A DNA stretch of 64,000 nt from Candidatus Bathyarchaeia archaeon. Lineage in GTDB: Bacteria > Patescibacteriota > Microgenomatia > PFEM01 > JAFGMK01. Where the stretch lies: positions 49,067-113,066 of the forward strand of contig DATKWK010000035.1 of NCBI GenBank assembly GCA_035529595.1, written 5' to 3'. Each line of letters starts with the position of its first letter. Positions within the stretch are counted from its first letter, which is position 1. Below, one piece after another: positions 48,684-59,569 of the stretch. The notes under the pieces are model-generated. The model was not told the DNA's origin, did no database searches, and worked only from the letters and a program-made list of their open reading frames with translations. A program made the translations under genes and the position numbers.

Positions 48684-51242
48684 GTGAAGAAGTGTATATC
48701 GATAGTTCTAGGGATATTTATCTTATATCTTGCTGATATTTTAATATTATCTTCTAAAGCTCTAGCTAATACGACTATTCTTTCTGAAGATTTTAACGAC
48801 GGGATTGCAGATAATTGGATAGAATCAGGGGATTGGGGAACTTGGAGTGCTCAAAACGGTGAGTATATTGGCACTGTTAAACTTAAAGATTATCCTGAAA
48901 AATCAATGATTTCTTATTTTAATGATCTAAGTGAAAAAAATTACATAATTCAGTTAGATGTAAAAAACACTGAAGGCGTAGATAAGGCCGTAAGGATTCG
49001 CTATGATCCTAGTTCAGAAACATACTATGGTATTAATCTACGGAGTAAATATACAGCTGGAGGTGGTGGAGGTAACGATATTAATTTAGGTAAATCAGTT
49101 AATGGTAATTCGACATTATTAACCAGAGTCCCTTTTGAAAATCTATTAAACAAGTGGTACGAGATTGAAGTGTCCATAGTAGACAATTCAATAAAGATAT
49201 ATATTGACGATATTCTTAAAATAGATTTTATTGACGAAAACAATCCTATTGATTCCGGAACAGTAGCTTTACAAGTATGGCCTGGCGGACATACTAATCC
49301 TGTAATGGGTAATAATACTACAACTCATTACGATAATATAATCATTACGTCGTCTTCTCAATCCAAGCTTATTTTCCTTCCTGGTATGACGGCGTGTTGG
49401 AATAAGGCGCTTTTAACAGACACTAATGCTGATGATTGGATTTTACCGTTTCCTGCTTATTTCTTTGTCTATAAAAACCTGATTGATTCTTTCAATAATG
49501 CCGGTTTGGTTGAAAACAAAGATTGGTACCTGTTCTGTTACGATTGGCGGAAACCATTACAGTATAATTCAGGAAAATTGAATAATTTTGTTCAAGATAA
49601 TATTAGTCCGGGTGAAAAAATAAATTTGGTTGGTCATTCGATGGGAGGATTAGTTGGCCGCACTTTTACCCAGGCATACCCAGATAAGGCCAACAAAGCT
49701 ATCACTCTTGGCAGCCCCCACCAAGGTGCGGTACGTGCTTATCCAGCCTGGGAAGCTGGTCAGCTTTGGGAATACGATGGACTTTCAAAACTCCTTTTTG
49801 AGATTCTTCTTTGGACCAACAGACAAGATGCCGAGCATCCAATGCGCACAATTCGGCGGATAGCTCCCTCAATTCAAGACCTGCTGCCTACTTTTGATTT
49901 CCTAATAGATGATCACACAAGTGTATACAAAAATATCAATACCCACATTTACCAGAACCTGACATTAAATCAACTAAACAATACTCTCGGCGGTGAATTA
50001 AAAACAAAACTTTTTACTATCGCCGGCAAGAATCAACAGACTCTTGATACACTAAAAGTAACTTCCATCTATTCTCCTCCGGCAAATTGGGTCCATCAGC
50101 ACCTGGGTCTTTGGGAAGATGGCGAACCCGTTCATAATTGCTCTTCAGTTCTCTGCGAATATACCGACAGTAGAAAGGACTATTCGCCGTCCATGGTCTA
50201 CTCTTCAGCAGGCGACAAGACTGTTTTAGTGAAAAGCGCCACCATTAATGGTGTAGAAACTTACGAAATTGACGGAGATCATAATCAGATAGTTCAGGAT
50301 CAGCAATCCATCGGGCGTATTTTTGACCTCTTGGATATTCCCACCCCTTCGTTAACATCTCCCCTTCAGCAACTTCAAAAAGCGATTGCCTTTCTAATCA
50401 GGTCACCAGCAAAAATCACAATAATTGATCCTACAGGAAAAGAAGCTGGGTACCAATCGACAGGACCGGAAATAGAAGGAAGTTTTTATGACGATCAGGC
50501 AAATGTTGTGATTATTCCGAATTACCTAGAGGGAATTTATAAACTCGAAACTAAGGGCACCGCTAGCGGCAACTACCAACTCCTCGTTGCCGATCTTAAT
50601 GACGACAATAACGTAAATCTAAGAGAATATCAATTCGCCACTCAGGCAGATCAAGTTGACTATTTCTACCTGGATTTAGGCCAGGAAGAACTGATCCTTG
50701 AAAATACCGACTATTCTGTCGTCCTACGAAGCGCAACTAGTAAAATTGAGAACATCAGGCAAAAAATCGATAAGCCCTGTGGCTTGAACAAGTATTCAGT
50801 CTTCTTAAACAAAATTGATCCTTTAGCCCAGAGGGGAAAATATCGAGAAGCTGCTCAAATTATCAAAATCGTCCTTACCCTTTTAAACCAATGTGTTCTT
50901 AGTGCCAAAGGAAATTTGATTTCAACAATTTTCCCCTCATATGAATCAATTATTAATGATTTAACCGGTGAATATATTAACTTTGCCGATAAAGGCAACT
51001 TAAAATTTAATGCAAATAAACTCAATAAAACTCTTTTCCTGACAGATCAGTTACTGGTAAGGAAAAATCAAGAATACAAACGAATCTCTGTCAAGAATCA
51101 AATATCTCTAAATAAAGTAATTCTATTCGAAAAAGCGGCGGAAATAGCTCAGGAAGCAAAGGAAGCTCTCAAAAGCAATCAACTCGCCAAAACTTCGATA
51201 TTATTATTCCAGGTAGATTTTTTACTCCTAAAGCTGAATTAA
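48684..51242 (+). CDS. Secreted alpha/beta-hydrolase (PGAP1/LCAT-like) with N-terminal beta-sandwich (ConA/DUF1080-like) domain
   Basis: Signal peptide; LPG, YDWR, VGHSMGG nucleophile elbow, LGSPH.G, GD.TV, H. Confidence 0.82.
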   Translation: MKKCISIVLGIFILYLADILILSSKALANTTILSEDFNDGIADNWIESGDWGTWSAQNGEYIGTVKLKDYPEKSMISYFNDLSEKNYIIQLDVKNTEGVDKAVRIRYDPSSETYYGINLRSKYTAGGGGGNDINLGKSVNGNSTLLTRVPFENLLNKWYEIEVSIVDNSIKIYIDDILKIDFIDENNPIDSGTVALQVWPGGHTNPVMGNNTTTHYDNIIITSSSQSKLIFLPGMTACWNKALLTDTNADDWILPFPAYFFVYKNLIDSFNNAGLVENKDWYLFCYDWRKPLQYNSGKLNNFVQDNISPGEKINLVGHSMGGLVGRTFTQAYPDKANKAITLGSPHQGAVRAYPAWEAGQLWEYDGLSKLLFEILLWTNRQDAEHPMRTIRRIAPSIQDLLPTFDFLIDDHTSVYKNINTHIYQNLTLNQLNNTLGGELKTKLFTIAGKNQQTLDTLKVTSIYSPPANWVHQHLGLWEDGEPVHNCSSVLCEYTDSRKDYSPSMVYSSAGDKTVLVKSATINGVETYEIDGDHNQIVQDQQSIGRIFDLLDIPTPSLTSPLQQLQKAIAFLIRSPAKITIIDPTGKEAGYQSTGPEIEGSFYDDQANVVIIPNYLEGIYKLETKGTASGNYQLLVADLNDDNNVNLREYQFATQADQVDYFYLDLGQEELILENTDYSVVLRSATSKIENIRQKIDKPCGLNKYSVFLNKIDPLAQRGKYREAAQIIKIVLTLLNQCVLSAKGNLISTIFPSYESIINDLTGEYINFADKGNLKFNANKLNKTLFLTDQLLVRKNQEYKRISVKNQISLNKVILFEKAAEIAQEAKEALKSNQLAKTSILLFQVDFLLLKLN

Positions 51243-51298
51243 TGGACAATTTAATTAAATATGGAGAGAAGATAAGTAAGCCTTTAACCTCTTGGTGC

Positions 51299-52225
51299 TT
51301 ACTGCCAAAAATCCCAAACCGGATCTTTATCCATTATCACCAATTGCAAATCTCCCCGTGCTTTGCCTAGGCAATCATGAAACGCTAAAACCAGAAAACC
51401 TACGACTTTAAAATTCGGGTCAATTAACGTTTGGTCCTCTTCAGCGATTCTCTTAATTAAATAAAAATCATTGAGAATAAGCCGCTTGTCTTCTTCATCA
51501 ACTACCTCCTCAATTGTCGGATATTTCAAACCTACACGAACAGAATCTGCTTCCGGATTTACCTCAACTACCGGATCAAAAATGACTTCAGTATATGGTT
51601 CGCCAAATATCTGACCCTGTTGACGCAGTGTCTCTATTTTCTCAAAGAATTGCACACCCTCAGGGGTCAAAGCTTTAATAACCGCATCTGGATTAATGGG
51701 GCCAGCACCGGCTTGAATATCAGTCATGGAAACCGGAGTTAATACTGGTTCAGCCGCTGGGGTTACTGTTGGCAAGTGGACTGAATTAACTGACGATTCT
51801 ACTACTTGTGACGGAGTAATCATATAAGGAGTTTTAGCTACTTTGCTACCAGAGGATTCTACTCTCACCCCAGCTACAACCCCTTCATTCATCAGCCTTT
51901 GGTCCTTGATTAATTGAGTAACCAACTCTTTTTTTAACTGACGGTTCATTTTTTTGTCCTTTACGGACAACAAGAGCTCTACCGCTTTTACATATTTACC
52001 GGAAGCACTTAAGACCTTCGCTTGTTTTATAGCAGTTCCTACATGAGAAATCCGGTTGGACCGTCCCGTCAAGAGAATAACTCCCGGAATAACTAAAGTT
52101 ACGACCAGAATCGATACGATAGCCTTTAGACTTAACTTAGAGGCAAAATATTCAAGAAACGCGTCTAAAATTTCAAATGTCTCTTCTATCTTATATTGAT
52201 AATCTCTGCTGCTCATATTCTCCAA
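51299..52225 (-). CDS. Hypothetical single-TM protein with Pro/Thr-rich linker
   Basis: 308-aa ORF, one hydrophobic segment. Confidence 0.7.
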   Translation of the reverse strand: MENMSSRDYQYKIEETFEILDAFLEYFASKLSLKAIVSILVVTLVIPGVILLTGRSNRISHVGTAIKQAKVLSASGKYVKAVELLLSVKDKKMNRQLKKELVTQLIKDQRLMNEGVVAGVRVESSGSKVAKTPYMITPSQVVESSVNSVHLPTVTPAAEPVLTPVSMTDIQAGAGPINPDAVIKALTPEGVQFFEKIETLRQQGQIFGEPYTEVIFDPVVEVNPEADSVRVGLKYPTIEEVVDEEDKRLILNDFYLIKRIAEEDQTLIDPNFKVVGFLVLAFHDCLGKARGDLQLVIMDKDPVWDFWQ

Positions 52226-52386
52226 ACCAGGTAAAGTTTTAATCGGTCTTCAGTCCATGATAAAATGGTTTTCAACAAAAATCAATCACGAAGCGAGAAA
52301 ACAGTGGAATAATAGTCTCGATACTGTGTTTATTCAAGAATTAATCGTTAGAAATAGGCAATATCAATAAAAATTAAATTAAGCTT

Positions 52387-53088
52387 ATGCTTGATGTAGT
52401 TGCTCGCTATGCACCGGTAGTTAACAAAATAAAAAAGTATCCTCCTAAGGATAAAAAAATTGTCGAAATCGGCGGCACCGGAGAAGGCCTCGGTTTTTAT
52501 TTACCAAATTATCAAATTTATGATTGCGACATCCGGTTTGTTGAAAACTTATTACCTAATACCAACCCGGTCAAGGGCCGTGGAGAAAAAATCCCTTTAC
52601 CGGATAATTTCGCGGAAATTATCGTCTCTGTAGATACACTCGAACATCTTCCTACCTTTAGGAAGAGAACTCAGATGATAAAAGAAATGATCAGGGTGGC
52701 CGCAAGACTGGTAATTTTAGCTGTCCCTACAGGAACAAAAAGCAAACAAGCGATTGAAAAATTCGGTCAATTATTTAAGGCAAAATATCCGAATATCGAT
52801 TATCAATATCTTAACGAGCATCTTAAATATCAACCTCCGGAGAATGGTGAGATTATCAAAACGATCAAAGAAGCGGGTATCCCCGTAAGAGTCTCGATCA
52901 AGAAAAATACCAATATCAAGGTTTGGTTATTATTCCAAAGGTTTTATTTAAGATTTCCAAAACTTTATCTCATCTTTCGCTACCGCCGTTTTTGGTATCA
53001 CCTTTTAAAGCCGGTTTTTCCTCTCTTAAATCAGGGAGAAACTTTGCGGACAATTTTTTTTGTTCAGCTGGAAAAAACAGGCAGGTAG
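52387..53088 (+). CDS. Class I SAM-dependent methyltransferase
   Basis: VEIGGTGEG, D at end of beta2, LP.PD, VDTLEH. Confidence 0.85.
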   Translation: MLDVVARYAPVVNKIKKYPPKDKKIVEIGGTGEGLGFYLPNYQIYDCDIRFVENLLPNTNPVKGRGEKIPLPDNFAEIIVSVDTLEHLPTFRKRTQMIKEMIRVAARLVILAVPTGTKSKQAIEKFGQLFKAKYPNIDYQYLNEHLKYQPPENGEIIKTIKEAGIPVRVSIKKNTNIKVWLLFQRFYLRFPKLYLIFRYRRFWYHLLKPVFPLLNQGETLRTIFFVQLEKTGR

Positions 53089-53098
53089 AATACCTGCC
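53072..53098 (-). terminator. Intrinsic terminator downstream of tRNA-Val
   Basis: Minus strand GGCAGGTA-TTC-TACCTGCC-TGTTTTTT. Confidence 0.6.
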
Positions 53099-53160
53099 GG
53101 ACCAGATAGTTTGATCATGGCGCAATCAAAAAATTCAGAACCACTTCTCCGCCTAATCGG

Positions 53161-53232
53161 TGGACCCGAGAGGATTCGAACCTCTGACCTTCCCGATGTG
53201 AACGGGACGCTCCCCCACTGAGCTACGGGTCC
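53161..53232 (-). tRNA. tRNA-Val (CAC)
   Basis: GGACCCG...TCCCG TTCACAT CGGGA...GGTTCGAATCC...CGGGTCCA. Confidence 0.95.
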
Positions 53233-53285
53233 GAGCCTACCGACTCAGAACATAATCAGCTTTGATAATTTTAACACTTTTCTTC

Positions 53286-53314
53286 TTGCCAAACCAAACC
53301 AGGCAACCTATAAT
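53286..53314 (+). promoter_or_regulatory. Sigma70-type promoter of lepB
   Basis: TTGCCA-N17-TATAAT. Confidence 0.6.
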
Positions 53315-53347
53315 GACTTGATCGTTATTAATAAATTAACGTTCATT

Positions 53348-53935
53348 ATGTTTGTTCAAATAGCAAGAATCATTAAAAAGGTCGGGGCCTTTTTTCTGGA
53401 TATTATCGAAACGGGAGTGATTGCCCTCTCGATTTTCATCGTCGTTTATCTATTCGTGATGCAGCCCCATGAGGTAAAGGGCAACTCAATGTTTCCTAGT
53501 TTCGAACATGGTGAATTTCTTTTGACTGATAAAATATCGTACCGCTTGAATCAACCCCAAAGAGGCGACGTAATCGTTTTTCGAGCACCCCTTAATACGC
53601 AATTTGATTATATTAAAAGGATTATTGGTTTGCCGAGGGAAACAGTGATGGTAAAAGACGGGTACATTTATATTCAAAACCAAAAGGTTGACGAAATTTA
53701 CCTTCCTGAGGATACTGTTATCCGTGCCGGCAATGCCTTTAGCGAAGGCAAACCGGTTACTATTCCTGAAGGTCAGTACTTTGTCATGGGTGATAACCGC
53801 GCCCACAGTTCAGATTCACGTGATTGGGGAACGGTGCCGCGAGACAATATTGTCGGCCGGGTTTGGTTTCGCTACTGGCCCTTTGACAGATTCGGGAAGA
53901 TTGACAGAGCAGTCTACACCTTGAATCACGATTAA
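53348..53935 (+). CDS. lepB: Signal peptidase I
   Basis: GNSMFP, RGDVIVF, YIKRIIG, MGDNR..S.DSR; ATG 53348 (track start 53318). Confidence 0.95.
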   Translation: MFVQIARIIKKVGAFFLDIIETGVIALSIFIVVYLFVMQPHEVKGNSMFPSFEHGEFLLTDKISYRLNQPQRGDVIVFRAPLNTQFDYIKRIIGLPRETVMVKDGYIYIQNQKVDEIYLPEDTVIRAGNAFSEGKPVTIPEGQYFVMGDNRAHSSDSRDWGTVPRDNIVGRVWFRYWPFDRFGKIDRAVYTLNHD

Positions 53936-54765
53936 CTACAAACCCCTTTAACGATTTTCTGAAGTTTTTCTTCCGTTTGTTCTAAATTGCCTTTTAAGAC
54001 AAGCATCACTTTTGTTTCTGCCCGAGAACGGGTCAATTTAACTTTTACATTCTTCCCCCCACCGAGTGATTGATGAAGTTTTTCAATTAGATTATCAATC
54101 GATTCGTCAACGATAAAAGGCTTATGCCCATGTTTACCTAAAGGAGAATTACCTTCAACCTTTCTCATTCTTCTTGCCAAATCTTCTGTTTTTCTTACCG
54201 AGCTTGACTGCCTCAATACCATTTTATAAGCCTCAACCATCAATCGCGTATCCATAATTGCCGCCAAGGCCCGAGCATGTCCCTCGGTAATCAACCCCTG
54301 AAGCAGACCATCCTTTAGGGCATCAGGAAGCGTCAAAAGTCTTAAAGAATTCGATATATAAGCTTGGCTTTTACTGATTCTCTTGGCAATTTCCTTATTA
54401 GACAGGCCAAACTCATTCATTAATCTTGAAAAAGCTTGGGCTCGTTCTAACGGATTTAAATCTGTTCGTTGAACGTTTTCCACAATTGCCATCTCCAGCA
54501 TTCCCTGAGGAGTCGTTTCCTTAATTATTGTTGGAAGAGTTTTCAGCCCCGCAATTCTGGACGCCCGCCACCGACGTTCACCGGCAATAATCTGATAGCC
54601 GGCCGGCGTTTTAGCGATCACTAACGGTTCTAATACGCCATGTTCTTTAATAGAGTCAACCAAGTCGACCAGCGATTCAGGAGTAATTTGACCACGCGGT
54701 TGAAGCGGATTTGGTTGAAGTTCGTCTAATCCGATTTGGACAATCTTTTGTTCTTCGCCTGCCAT
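53932..54765 (-). CDS. parB: ParB/Spo0J chromosome partition protein
   Basis: PNPLQPR, IAGERRWRA, ENVQR.DL, HARAL. Confidence 0.95.
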   Translation of the reverse strand: MAGEEQKIVQIGLDELQPNPLQPRGQITPESLVDLVDSIKEHGVLEPLVIAKTPAGYQIIAGERRWRASRIAGLKTLPTIIKETTPQGMLEMAIVENVQRTDLNPLERAQAFSRLMNEFGLSNKEIAKRISKSQAYISNSLRLLTLPDALKDGLLQGLITEGHARALAAIMDTRLMVEAYKMVLRQSSSVRKTEDLARRMRKVEGNSPLGKHGHKPFIVDESIDNLIEKLHQSLGGGKNVKVKLTRSRAETKVMLVLKGNLEQTEEKLQKIVKGVCS

Positions 54766-54771
54766 TTTTTA

Positions 54772-55020
54772 TTATCGACTAACAGTTACTTCCGTTTTTC
54801 CGTGGCGGGTTTGAAATTTAATAAACCCGTCCTTAAGCGCAAAAAGAGTATGATCTCGTCCGATACCAACCCCGGTCCCCGGATGGTACTTTGTCCCTCT
54901 TTGCCTAACCACGATATTTCCTTTCTCTATCTGCTGACCACCAGAAATCTTAATCCCCAACCTTTTGCCTGGCCGGGGAGTTTTTTGCCTGGTCTTTCCG
55001 CCGGTTTTTGTTTTCGCCAT
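54772..55020 (-). CDS. rpmA: 50S ribosomal protein L27
   Basis: [22 protein letters not shown]. Confidence 0.96.
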   Translation of the reverse strand: MAKTKTGGKTRQKTPRPGKRLGIKISGGQQIEKGNIVVRQRGTKYHPGTGVGIGRDHTLFALKDGFIKFQTRHGKTEVTVSR

Positions 55021-55090
55021 AATTCTTCCTTTTTGAGAGTATAAGTAAATTTTTCACGAATGTCAACAACATATCAAGGGAAAAGATCAC

Positions 55091-55507
55091 TTAATCTTTA
55101 GAAGACTGCTTATTTTGCTTATATTCAGAGGGCTTTCTAATCTTTTGTGTTTTGTTCGCCAATTCTTCTTGCCCACTAATGGCAATCTTTTCAATTTTTA
55201 CGCGGCTCACTCGAGGACGGAAACCTTTGACGCGACGATATCGGGATTTAGCCTTATAGGTGGCAATCCTTATCTTCTTACCCAGATAGTGATGAATAAC
55301 TGATCCTTGTACAACCGCCCCTTCTACAGAGGGACGGCCAATTTTAATATCTTCACCGTCGACTAAGAGCAGTACTTGCTCAAAATTAATTTTTTCTTTT
55401 TCTTTACGATCAATTTTGGGCAAGTCAATTTCCTCTCCTTCTGTGATTTGAAATTGCTTGCTACCGTATTTAATTACGGCGTACTTATTCATTTTTTCAG
55501 ATTCCAC
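55091..55507 (-). CDS. rplU: 50S ribosomal protein L21
   Basis: YAVI..G.KQF, IG.P.V.GA, YKAKSRYRR.KG; start may be ATG 55492. Confidence 0.95.
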   Translation of the reverse strand: MESEKMNKYAVIKYGSKQFQITEGEEIDLPKIDRKEKEKINFEQVLLLVDGEDIKIGRPSVEGAVVQGSVIHHYLGKKIRIATYKAKSRYRRVKGFRPRVSRVKIEKIAISGQEELANKTQKIRKPSEYKQNKQSSKD

Positions 55508-55586
55508 TAATGTAAAAAGGATCGCGGAAACGCCCCACCGTTGGTATTATATAAAAATACTCTGCAAATAACAACTAAGAAGATTT

Positions 55587-56651
55587 TTATTTAATTTCGA
55601 TCAATCTTCTTTTTTTTGCTCTCCTGGCCACACTTTCAACTAAACCCAGGCTCGTCATAAGAGCAACGATTGAACTTCCTCCGGAAGAGACAAAAGGAAG
55701 AGTAATGCCGGTGATTGGCATTAACCCTAAATTCATCCCGACATTAATAACAATTTGGCTAAAAATTAATCCAAAAACACCGACGCAGATTAAAGTGCCA
55801 AACTCATCTTGGGCATTATCGGCAATCTTTAAGATCTGCATCAGCACGTAATAATAAACTGCCAGAAGAATAAAGCAGCCGAGAAATCCCAATTCTTCAG
55901 CCAAGGAAGCAAAAATGAAGTCACTGGTTCTTTCAGGTAAAAATTTCAGGTACGACTGGGTACCGTGGAAAAGACCCCTACCTGAAAATTTACCGGAACC
56001 AGCGGTAATTTTAGCCTGAATTAAATGGTAACCTTTACCCAAAGGATCATCAAGCGGTTTAAAAAACGTCTGAATTCTTACCTTCTGATAGTCCCTTAAA
56101 ATATTCCAGGTTAAAAATAATCCGGACAGAAAGAATATCAACAGAAACAATGTTTGTTTCCGATCAACTTTAAAGGACACAATTAAAAGCCATACTAAGA
56201 CAATCACTAGTGAGCTTCCCAAATCCGGTTGCTGAAAAACCAGATAAGCAGGTAGAAAGAGGAATATTAGAGTTAACAAGAGACGCCGAAATCGCCATGT
56301 ACCCTGGGATACAAAAGAGGCAAAAGCGAGAATCAAAAACGGTTTCACTAACTCGGAAGGCTGAATAGTAAAGGAACCGATTCTGATCCAGCGCAGAGTT
56401 TCTCGAGTTCTACTCCCAAAAATAAAACCTGAGATCAAAAAGAGGCTAATCAGAATGAATAAGGGTAAATAAAGACGGCTGAATATCTGGTAGTCTAAAA
56501 GACTAAAAATGATAAATACCATCAGTCCTATAACCATGAATAATACCTGAAGAGGTAAGATTTGGGGTTCTAAACTTGAAAGTACAGCAATACTTAAAAC
56601 AAAGACGATAAAAATTGAGACAATAATCATCCAATTAAATCCGTGAGCCAT
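55587..56651 (-). CDS. rodA: SEDS family protein RodA
   Basis: RWI, QPSELVK, QPDLGS, PERTSDFIF, PITGITLPFVSSGGSS. Confidence 0.9.
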   Translation of the reverse strand: MAHGFNWMIIVSIFIVFVLSIAVLSSLEPQILPLQVLFMVIGLMVFIIFSLLDYQIFSRLYLPLFILISLFLISGFIFGSRTRETLRWIRIGSFTIQPSELVKPFLILAFASFVSQGTWRFRRLLLTLIFLFLPAYLVFQQPDLGSSLVIVLVWLLIVSFKVDRKQTLFLLIFFLSGLFLTWNILRDYQKVRIQTFFKPLDDPLGKGYHLIQAKITAGSGKFSGRGLFHGTQSYLKFLPERTSDFIFASLAEELGFLGCFILLAVYYYVLMQILKIADNAQDEFGTLICVGVFGLIFSQIVINVGMNLGLMPITGITLPFVSSGGSSIVALMTSLGLVESVARRAKKRRLIEIK

Positions 56652-56655
56652 AAGA

Positions 56656-59523
56656 TTAGATGCTTCTTTTTATAGCTAGTTTTTTTCCCAAAAGAAGTTT
56701 CTGAGCAAGGGTTTTTTTCTTGATAATGAATCTTAAATTCTGGCTCTTAGGAAATTGAGGTAGATATACTAATATCCATTCATCCCGCAAACAACCGGCC
56801 TGTTTTCGCATCTGCTGGATTTGATGGATCCATTCTCTTGCCTGTCCCTCAGCCAGAAGTTCCTTGTTTAAACGTAAATTCAATTTGACCTGGGGATCAG
56901 TAATTTTCTTTATTTGACAGATTACTTCCTGTACGTTAACTTCCGCCTCAATCAATTTTTCAAAAGCTGCCGGTAACCTCACAGGCCAATAGTAGGTCAA
57001 GCAAGAAAGGGGTTGGCGAACTTTAATTTTTTTTTCTTTTCTGATTGCGTGACCTAAAGAACAGATTTTTCTGACCAGATCCGTTTTTTCAAACAGACTA
57101 CACTCCCTCAGGCCAATTTTTCTGGCCGGTGGAAAATTACATAAATGAACAGATTCGACACTTCCCTGTGTTATCTGACGAACCAAGTTTTGATAAATTT
57201 CATCGGTAATAAAGGGAATAATCGGAGCTGTACCTTTTATAAACAAAACCAGTACCTGATATAAAGTCTGTAAAAATTCCCGATCTCCTCGATTGAAAAA
57301 CTCCCGACTGCGACGGATGTACCAAGTTGACAAATCTTCCATAAAAGGACGGAGAAGACGAACGGCCCCAGGAATGTTATAAGAACTCAAACACTTATCG
57401 ATTTCGTTTATCAACTGCTGATTTCGGCTCTTTATCCACTTATTAAGAATATGTTTCGGATTATCAACTCGTTTTTCTGCCGGTTCAAAATTATGTAAAT
57501 TGGCATAGGTAATGAAGAATTGATATGAATTCCAAAGAGGTAAAAGGACTGTCTTTACTTGTTCTAACAACTCCTCTCCTTTAGTAATATTAATATCAGC
57601 CCCAGCCATCAGTCTTGTCCCCATTAAATAGAGTCGAAGAGCGTCGCCCCCATATTGCTCCAATACTTTTTTCGGATCAGGGTAATTTCCGTAACTCTTA
57701 CTCATTTTACGACCGTCAGTTCCGGCCATTACTCCGGTGACAATGACATTCTTAAAGCAGTGGGAATGAAATAAACCGGTCGATAAGGCGTGCAGATAAT
57801 AAAACCAGGCGCGGATTTGACCGACGTACTCTACAATATAATCTGCCGGAAAGGCCTTCTCAAAAGCAATCTTATTTTCAAAGGGATAGTGTCTCTCTCC
57901 ATAAGGCATTGAACCTGATTCAAACCATACATCCAATACCTCAGGAATACGTTTCATTTCTCCCTGGCATTTACCGCATTTAAACTTAATCATATCAACG
58001 CTCGTCCGGTGTAAATCTGTTATTTTTATCCTCTCAACGGAATTTTTCTCAATTTCCTCAACCGAACCGACTACCTTAAATTCACCGCATTGCCGGCACT
58101 CCCAAATTGGCATAATTGTTGCCCAATACCTGGTTCGGGAGACACACCAATCAGGAGCATCCTTAAGAGTATTCTTAACCCGTCCACGTTTAAAGAAATT
58201 TGGCACCCAATTGACATTTTCATTTAATTGGAGCATTTCCTCTTTTATTTTTTGAATATCGACAAACCAAGCTTTAACGGCGCGGTAAATGAGAGGCGTT
58301 TGGCAACGATAACAATAGGGATAACGGTGAGTAATTATTTCTTCTTTGAACAAAATCTCCCTCTTTTTTAGATCATCAATAATCAACTTATCGGCATCCT
58401 TAACATAGACACCTTTAAAATCGGTAATCTTATCAGTGAATTTACCTTCATCGTCAACATTAAACATTAAAGTCAATCCGTAATGCCGGCCCATCTCGGT
58501 ATCAATTTCTCCAAATCCGGGAGCAGAATGAACGATACCGGTACCTTCATCCATATTAACCATGCCTTTAAACTTGTAGATTCGAAAATCTTTTTTATTG
58601 GGAGAAATGTAACTGTAAGGTGGCTGGTAAGCTAAACCAACTAGTTTCGCTCCTTTGAACTTTTTTATTTGAGAATAGTTTTTACCTTGAATCAGGTCTT
58701 TAATTCTTTTTTGAGCAGCAATGTATCGCCTACCTCTAGACTTGTCCTCAAATTCCACATAACTTTCATTGGGATCAACTACTAAAGCCCGGTTGGAGGG
58801 AAGGGTCCAGGGCGTAGTCGTCCAAGCTAAAAGTCTTACCTGCTGGAACGGGCCGGCAGTAGTAATGACAAACTCTACTGTCACCGCAGGATCTTGCATG
58901 CTAGCATAACTATTATCCATAGCAATTTCGAATTTGGAGATCGGGGTACCGCAGCGGGTACAGTAAAGAAGAGTTTTAAGCCCGCGATAAATTAAACCCC
59001 GGTCATAAAGCTTTTTGAAGGCCCAAATCACTGACTCCATAAACTCAAGATCCATGGTCCGGTAAGCTCGATCCATGTCAACCCAACGAGCAATGTGATC
59101 GATATACCATTTCCACTCGGCCGAGGTTTCAGAGACATAAATTCGGCATTCTTTTATAAATTTCTCTATCCCGATTTTTTCGATTTCTCTTCGATTTTTA
59201 AGACCTAATTTCCGCTCTGTCTTTTCCTCAACCGGCAATCCATGACAGTCCCATCCCCAAACTCGCCTTATTTTTTTTCCTTTCATTGTTTGAAATCTGG
59301 GAATAAGATCCTTAGCAATCGAACCTAAAAGATGTCCGTAGTGTGGTAGTCCGGTGATAAAGGGAGGCCCGTCATAAAAAGTGTAAGGATTTTTATCAGA
59401 TCTCTGCTTGATGGATTTTTCAAATATTCGATTCTTGTTCCAGAAAAGCAAAATCTTATTTTCAATATCAGGAAATCTGACCTGATGAGAGACTGGTTGG
59501 AAAAAAGACTTTTTCTTTACCAT
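56656..59523 (-). CDS. ileS: Isoleucyl-tRNA synthetase (type 2, HYGH)
   Basis: FYDGPPF..GLPHYGH, GWDCHGLP, WTTTPWTLP, KMSKS. Confidence 0.96.
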   Translation of the reverse strand: MVKKKSFFQPVSHQVRFPDIENKILLFWNKNRIFEKSIKQRSDKNPYTFYDGPPFITGLPHYGHLLGSIAKDLIPRFQTMKGKKIRRVWGWDCHGLPVEEKTERKLGLKNRREIEKIGIEKFIKECRIYVSETSAEWKWYIDHIARWVDMDRAYRTMDLEFMESVIWAFKKLYDRGLIYRGLKTLLYCTRCGTPISKFEIAMDNSYASMQDPAVTVEFVITTAGPFQQVRLLAWTTTPWTLPSNRALVVDPNESYVEFEDKSRGRRYIAAQKRIKDLIQGKNYSQIKKFKGAKLVGLAYQPPYSYISPNKKDFRIYKFKGMVNMDEGTGIVHSAPGFGEIDTEMGRHYGLTLMFNVDDEGKFTDKITDFKGVYVKDADKLIIDDLKKREILFKEEIITHRYPYCYRCQTPLIYRAVKAWFVDIQKIKEEMLQLNENVNWVPNFFKRGRVKNTLKDAPDWCVSRTRYWATIMPIWECRQCGEFKVVGSVEEIEKNSVERIKITDLHRTSVDMIKFKCGKCQGEMKRIPEVLDVWFESGSMPYGERHYPFENKIAFEKAFPADYIVEYVGQIRAWFYYLHALSTGLFHSHCFKNVIVTGVMAGTDGRKMSKSYGNYPDPKKVLEQYGGDALRLYLMGTRLMAGADINITKGEELLEQVKTVLLPLWNSYQFFITYANLHNFEPAEKRVDNPKHILNKWIKSRNQQLINEIDKCLSSYNIPGAVRLLRPFMEDLSTWYIRRSREFFNRGDREFLQTLYQVLVLFIKGTAPIIPFITDEIYQNLVRQITQGSVESVHLCNFPPARKIGLRECSLFEKTDLVRKICSLGHAIRKEKKIKVRQPLSCLTYYWPVRLPAAFEKLIEAEVNVQEVICQIKKITDPQVKLNLRLNKELLAEGQAREWIHQIQQMRKQAGCLRDEWILVYLPQFPKSQNLRFIIKKKTLAQKLLLGKKLAIKRSI

Positions 59524-59569
59524 ACTTAATTATTATAACAGAGGAGGCGCTGTCTTAAAATATTTTCTA

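Noticed and set aside
52226-52258. Upstream in-frame ATG-GAC-TGA suggesting TGA recoding (code 25)
   Set aside because: Core genes have no internal TGA and several end in TGA; code 11 fits
55508-55550. Possible L21 leader RNA
   Set aside because: Only a short weak hairpin; cannot be supported without covariation data
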